Source of the DNA: Rhodospirillaceae bacterium
GTDB taxonomy: Bacteria > Pseudomonadota > Alphaproteobacteria > CACIAM-22H2
NCBI GenBank assembly: GCA_009694125.1
Contig: SHVT01000001.1
Location: 6,105 to 70,104 of the forward strand
Reading direction: 5' to 3'
DNA length: 64,000 nucleotides
This document shows, in pieces, positions 59,405 to 64,000 of the stretch. Below the pieces are notes generated by a model. That model was not told where the DNA came from and did not search any database. It saw nothing but the letters and a program-made list of their open reading frames with translations. Every line of letters begins with the position of its first letter. Position 1 is the stretch's first letter. The position numbers were made by a program, and so were the translations under genes.

Positions 59405-60958
59405 ATGGACAAGGTGGGCACTCAACATCGCGTCGAAATGCTTCAAGTCGCCGATACCGTCGCGCGCGAGAAAGGTATCGACCGCGAAGAGGTCCTTGAG
59501 GCGATGGAAATGGCCATCCAGAAGGCTGGCCGCGCCAAATACGGGCATGAACGCGACATTCGCGCTCATATCGACCGGCAGACCGGCGAGATCAACCTCG
59601 CTCGCTATCGTTTGGTCGCCGACCCGGTGGAGGGGGATGCGACGCAGATTTCGCTGGCCGAAGCCTCGGCGCGTAATCCCGACGCCAAGATCGGCGATTT
59701 CATCACCGATGAACTGCCGCCCATCGATTTCGGCCGCATCGCCGCCCAGACGGCCAAGCAGGTTATCGTGCAACGCGTGCGCGACGCCGAGCGTCAACGT
59801 CAGTTTCGCGAATACAAGGATCGCATCGGCGAAATCGTCAATGGCTTGGTCAAACGTGTCGAATTCGGCAACGTCACCGCCGATCTTGGCCGCGCCGAGG
59901 CGATATTGCGCCGCGATGAATGTGTCCCGCGTGAAAGCTTCAAGCCCGGCGATCGCGTCCGCGCCTATATCTACGATGTTCGCCAGGAAGCGCGCGGCCC
60001 GCAGATTTTTCTGTCGCGCACTCATCCGCAATTCCTGGCCAAGTTGTTCGCGCAGGAAGTGCCGGAGATTTACGACGGAATTATCGAGATCAAGGCCCTT
60101 GCGCGCGATCCGGGCAGTCGCGCCAAGATCGCGGTCATCTCCAATGATTCCGGCATTGATCCGGTCGGCGCTTGCGTCGGCATGCGTGGCAGCCGCGTTC
60201 AGGCGGTCGTCGCCGAACTCCAGGGCGAAAAGATCGACATCATTCCCTGGTCCGTTGATACCGCCACTTTCGTCGTCAACGCCCTGGCGCCGGCCGAAGT
60301 GGCGAAAGTTGTCCTCGACGAAGACGCGCACCGCATCGATGTGGTCGTGCCCGACGATCAGCTCAGCCTTGCGATCGGGCGCCGCGGCCAGAACGTCAGG
60401 CTCGCGTCGATGTTGACGGGCTGGACTATCGACATCCTGACCGAGGCCGAGGAATCGGAGCGGCGAACCGAGGAATTCAAATCCCGTTCGCAGCAATTCA
60501 TCGACGCTCTGGACGTTGACGACGTCATCGCGCACCTCCTCGTCACCGAAGGCTTTTCGACGCTCGAGGACGTGGCCTTCGTGCCGACCGAGGAATTGGC
60601 CGTCATCGAAGGCTTCGATGAATCGATCGCCTCCGAACTCCAGCAGCGCGCACGGGCGTGGCTGGAGGAGCGCGACAAGTCGCTGACCGATCGCCGCCGT
60701 GAATTGGGCGTGGCCGACGAGATCGCCGCTTTGGAGGGCCTGAGCCCAACCATGTTGGTCGCCCTTGGCGAAAAAGGCGTGAAGACGCTCGACGATCTGG
60801 GCGATTTGGCGAGCGACGAGCTCCGCGAAATCCTGGTCGACGCCAAGCTCAGCGAGGATGAAGCCAACGCCATCATCATGGCCGCGCGCGCCCATTGGTT
60901 CGAGGCGGGCGCCGACGGCGCCAAAGCGGCGGATCAAGAGACCCGCGGCGGCGATTGA
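59405..60958 (+). CDS. nusA: Transcription termination/antitermination factor NusA
   Basis: FGRIAAQTAKQ, ARDPGSRAK, GACVGMRGSRV, AIGRRGQNVRLA. Confidence 0.98.
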   Translation: MDKVGTQHRVEMLQVADTVAREKGIDREEVLEAMEMAIQKAGRAKYGHERDIRAHIDRQTGEINLARYRLVADPVEGDATQISLAEASARNPDAKIGDFITDELPPIDFGRIAAQTAKQVIVQRVRDAERQRQFREYKDRIGEIVNGLVKRVEFGNVTADLGRAEAILRRDECVPRESFKPGDRVRAYIYDVRQEARGPQIFLSRTHPQFLAKLFAQEVPEIYDGIIEIKALARDPGSRAKIAVISNDSGIDPVGACVGMRGSRVQAVVAELQGEKIDIIPWSVDTATFVVNALAPAEVAKVVLDEDAHRIDVVVPDDQLSLAIGRRGQNVRLASMLTGWTIDILTEAEESERRTEEFKSRSQQFIDALDVDDVIAHLLVTEGFSTLEDVAFVPTEELAVIEGFDESIASELQQRARAWLEERDKSLTDRRRELGVADEIAALEGLSPTMLVALGEKGVKTLDDLGDLASDELREILVDAKLSEDEANAIIMAARAHWFEAGADGAKAADQETRGGD

Positions 60959-60965
60959 TCGGGAA

Positions 60966-61721
60966 TTGAACCAAGCCGCCTTATCGGGAGTACCGGACTC
61001 CTTGAACGCGGGTGATCGCGATGCACCTGATGCCGCGGACGCACCTGTCGATCCCTCGTTCCGACGTTGTGTGGCGACCGGTCGCGTCCTGCCGAAAGCA
61101 GCCCTGGTGCGCTTCGTCGTGGCGCCGGACGGCGTCATCGTGGCCGATGTCGCGGGGCGTTTGCCGGGGCGCGGTTTGTGGTTGGTGGCTCGCCGGGATA
61201 TAGTGGCGGCGCCTCGAACTCAGGGCGCGTTGATTCGGGCGGCGATGGCTGCGGTCGGTTCAAAGCCGACAATACCAGCAGACCTCGCCGATCGGGTCGA
61301 AGCGCTGTTGGCGCGCCGTTGCACCGATTGCCTTGGTTTGGCGCGCCGTGCCGGGCAGGCGAAGGTCGGCTTCGACACGGTGAAGGCTTGGTTGGAATCG
61401 GGACGGGCGGCGGTGCTGGTGGCTGCCCGCGATGGCGCGGCCAACGGGCGGACGAAGCTGCGATCTTTGGCGCCGGAGGCGCCATTGGTCGAACTGCTTG
61501 ATTCCGCTGAAATTGGCGCCGCTTTCGGGCGCGGCGCGGTCGTGCATGCCGCCCTCGCGCGCGGGCGGCTGGCCGATCAGTTTCTGATCGAGACCGGCCG
61601 ATTGGCGGGGTTTCGGTCCGGCGCTGGAGCGGACGGGACAACGGATCGCGACGTCGTCCAGGATCAAGACGATCGGGACGGCGATGAATCAAGGCGGCTG
61701 AAGGGCGACGGATCGAGCTGA
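60966..61721 (+). CDS. RNA-binding protein, YlxR (DUF448) plus L7Ae-like domain
   Basis: RRCVATG...[25 protein letters not shown]; between nusA and infB; start uncertain. Confidence 0.88.
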   Translation: MNQAALSGVPDSLNAGDRDAPDAADAPVDPSFRRCVATGRVLPKAALVRFVVAPDGVIVADVAGRLPGRGLWLVARRDIVAAPRTQGALIRAAMAAVGSKPTIPADLADRVEALLARRCTDCLGLARRAGQAKVGFDTVKAWLESGRAAVLVAARDGAANGRTKLRSLAPEAPLVELLDSAEIGAAFGRGAVVHAALARGRLADQFLIETGRLAGFRSGAGADGTTDRDVVQDQDDRDGDESRRLKGDGSS

Positions 61722-64000
61722 TGGATACGAACGAGCAGGATCAGAAGCGGCAACTGAAGTTGGCCCGTCCGGGCCGCTTGGAGCTGGCAAAGGGTACCAA
61801 AACCAGCCAAGTCAGGCAGAGCTTTCCGCATGGCCGGTCCAAGATCGTCACCGTCGAGGTGAAGCGCAAGCGAGCGGTCGCGCCGGCGGTGGGCAAACCC
61901 GCGGATACCAAGATTCCCGCCGCCGAGACCCCGCCGCCGGAGCGTGCGCTCGAGGTCGCCGTCGCCTCGGTCCAAACCGAGGAAACGCGCAGAGCCGCGG
62001 TTCTGCGGACGCTGACCGACGAGGAACGGGCGGCACGGGCCCGCGCGCTCAAAGGTGCGCGGCTTCAGGATCTCGAAACCCGTTGTGTCGACGTCGTGCA
62101 GCTGCGCCGCCTAGAGGAAGAAGAGCTGAGGCGGGCCGAAGAACAGGCGCGGCGCAAGGTAGAAGAGGAGGCTCGGCGCAAGACCGAAGAGGAGGCGCGC
62201 CGCAAGGCTGAGGAAGAATCGCGCCGCAAAGCCGAGGAAGAAACCCGAAAATTGGCGGAGGCCGAGGCGGAAAAACGCCGGATCAAGGGTGAATCGGCCG
62301 GCGGCAAGCCGCAGGCCGCAACCGCCGAAGAAGAAGAGTTGGAACATAACCGCCGCCGCACGACCGCGCTGACGCGGCGTCCGCCCGTGGCGGCGCCGCG
62401 CCGGCCCGACGCAAAACGTCGGTCGGGCAAGATCACGGTCGTGCAAGCTCTCGATGAGGATCGCGGTGAACGTACGCGCAGCGTGGCCGCGTTCCGCCGC
62501 GCGCGGGAAAAAGAAAGGCTCCGTCAGCTCAAGGCCGAGTCCACGCCGCTAAAAATCGTCCGCGATGTCGTCGTCCCGGAAGCCATTACCGTTCAAGACC
62601 TCGCCAATCGCATGGCCGAGCGGGGCGTCGATGTCATCAAGGCGTTGATGAAGATGGGCGTCATGGCGACCATCAACCAGGTCATCGATGCCGATACGGC
62701 TGAACTGGTCGTCACCGAATTCGGCCACCGCCTGCGCCGCGTCACCGAAGCCGATGTCGAAATCGGACTGAAGGGCATCGCCGATGAAGGTGAGGTCCTG
62801 AAGCCGCGCGCGCCGGTGGTGACGGTCATGGGCCACGTCGATCACGGCAAGACATCGCTGCTCGATGCCTTGCGCACAACCGACGTCGCCAAACACGAGG
62901 CGGGTGGCATCACCCAGCACATCGGCGCCTATCGTGTGGAGCTGCGTTCCGGACGGCACATTACCTTCCTCGATACGCCGGGCCACGAAGCCTTCACGGC
63001 CATGCGTGCCCGGGGTGCTAAGGCCACCGACATCGTGGTCTTGGTGGTCGCCGCCGATGACGGTATCCAACCGCAGACGATTGAGGCCATCAACCACGCC
63101 AAAGCGGCGAATGTGCCGATCATCGTCGCCATCAACAAGATCGACAAATCCGACGCCAATGCCGACCGCGTGCGGCGCGATCTGCTCCAGCACAGCATTG
63201 CGACCGAAGAGATGGGCGGCGATACGCTCGCGGTCGAGGTGTCGGCGACCAAGGGCACCAATCTCGAGAAACTCGAAGAGGCGATCCTGCTGCAGGCTGA
63301 GTTGCTCGATCTAAAAGCCAATCCGAGCCGGCCGGCGGAAGGTGTCGTCATCGAATCCAAGCTCGAGCGCGGTCGCGGCTCCGTCGCCACGGTGTTGATT
63401 CAACGCGGCACGCTGAGAACGGGCGATGTCTTCGTGGCGGGCAGCGAATGGGGCAGGGTACGGGCGATCTATGACGACAAGGGCCGCAAACTCGACGACG
63501 CCGGCCCCTCGATGCCCGTGGAAGTCCTGGGATTGAACGGCACGCCCTCGGCGGGAGACGATTTTAACGTCGTCGACGGCGAAAGCCGCGCCCGCGAGGT
63601 CACGCTTTTCCGCCAGCGGCGTTCACGCGAAGCGCGGGTCGCCATCGGCAGTCGCGGCACACTCGAACAAATGTTCTCGAAGATCGCGGCGGGCGAAGCC
63701 AAAGAGCTGGCCGTGGTCGTCAAGACCGACGTTCAGGGATCCATCGACGCCATTCGCGGGGCGCTCGAAAAACTGACGAACTCCGAAGTCGCGGTGCGCG
63801 TCATCCATTCGGGCGTCGGCGGCATCAACGAAGGCGATCTGGCCTTGGCCAAGGCTTCGAACGCGCTGATCGTTGGCTTCAACGTTCGCGCCAACCCACA
63901 GGCCCGCGAATTCGCGCGGCGCGACGGCGTCGAAATCCGGTACTACTCCATCATCTACAACATCGTCGACGACGTGAAAGCGGCGCTGTCGGGAATGCTC
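61721..64000 (+). CDS. infB: Translation initiation factor IF-2, runs off the window
   Basis: Not in the ORF track. Manual translation gives [43 protein letters not shown] overlap with the upstream gene. Confidence 0.97.
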   Translation, partial: MDTNEQDQKRQLKLARPGRLELAKGTKTSQVRQSFPHGRSKIVTVEVKRKRAVAPAVGKPADTKIPAAETPPPERALEVAVASVQTEETRRAAVLRTLTDEERAARARALKGARLQDLETRCVDVVQLRRLEEEELRRAEEQARRKVEEEARRKTEEEARRKAEEESRRKAEEETRKLAEAEAEKRRIKGESAGGKPQAATAEEEELEHNRRRTTALTRRPPVAAPRRPDAKRRSGKITVVQALDEDRGERTRSVAAFRRAREKERLRQLKAESTPLKIVRDVVVPEAITVQDLANRMAERGVDVIKALMKMGVMATINQVIDADTAELVVTEFGHRLRRVTEADVEIGLKGIADEGEVLKPRAPVVTVMGHVDHGKTSLLDALRTTDVAKHEAGGITQHIGAYRVELRSGRHITFLDTPGHEAFTAMRARGAKATDIVVLVVAADDGIQPQTIEAINHAKAANVPIIVAINKIDKSDANADRVRRDLLQHSIATEEMGGDTLAVEVSATKGTNLEKLEEAILLQAELLDLKANPSRPAEGVVIESKLERGRGSVATVLIQRGTLRTGDVFVAGSEWGRVRAIYDDKGRKLDDAGPSMPVEVLGLNGTPSAGDDFNVVDGESRAREVTLFRQRRSREARVAIGSRGTLEQMFSKIAAGEAKELAVVVKTDVQGSIDAIRGALEKLTNSEVAVRVIHSGVGGINEGDLALAKASNALIVGFNVRANPQAREFARRDGVEIRYYSIIYNIVDDVKAALSGML

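Noticed and set aside
62147..62242. Four degenerate 24-nt repeats
   Set aside because: They encode the (A/S)RRKxEEE repeats typical of the IF-2 N-terminal region.

Overview
GC-rich alphaproteobacterial chromosome segment; gene order and protein style suggest a Rhodospirillales-like organism (inference). Most of it is housekeeping: lpxH-like, pmbA, ubiD, mtnP, petABC, trmL/hemF, CCA enzyme, MoxR-DUF58 cluster, trpE(G), pepF, fadD, tsaB-rimI-fur-olsB-olsA-miaB-phoH-ybeY-corC-lnt-XRE-metK-trmB and rimP-nusA-ylxR-infB. No rRNA, tRNA, CRISPR array or intact mobile element was found. The accessory part is an 8-gene minus-strand amino-sugar/nonulosonate-like modification cluster (39.1-46.2 kb). Next to it is a scar made of an IS630-like left end fused to an IS21-like end that truncates a ddpX gene. 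Other notable items: an mtnP-(aldolase::SDR fusion)-methyltransferase unit; a 3x18-bp repeat that triplicates the mtnP ribosome-binding region; a stop-free TrmL::HemF ORF; a Trp-rich leader peptide before trpE(G); a promoter-and-terminator-bounded sRNA candidate between rimI and fur; a Tat-signal amidohydrolase-fold protein that has lost its metal ligands; and several deletion remnants and single-base frameshifts (real decay or assembly error). All calls come from manual reading and recalled motifs; no searches were run. No new system is proven here; the best candidates are the mtnP unit, the sugar cluster and the sRNA.
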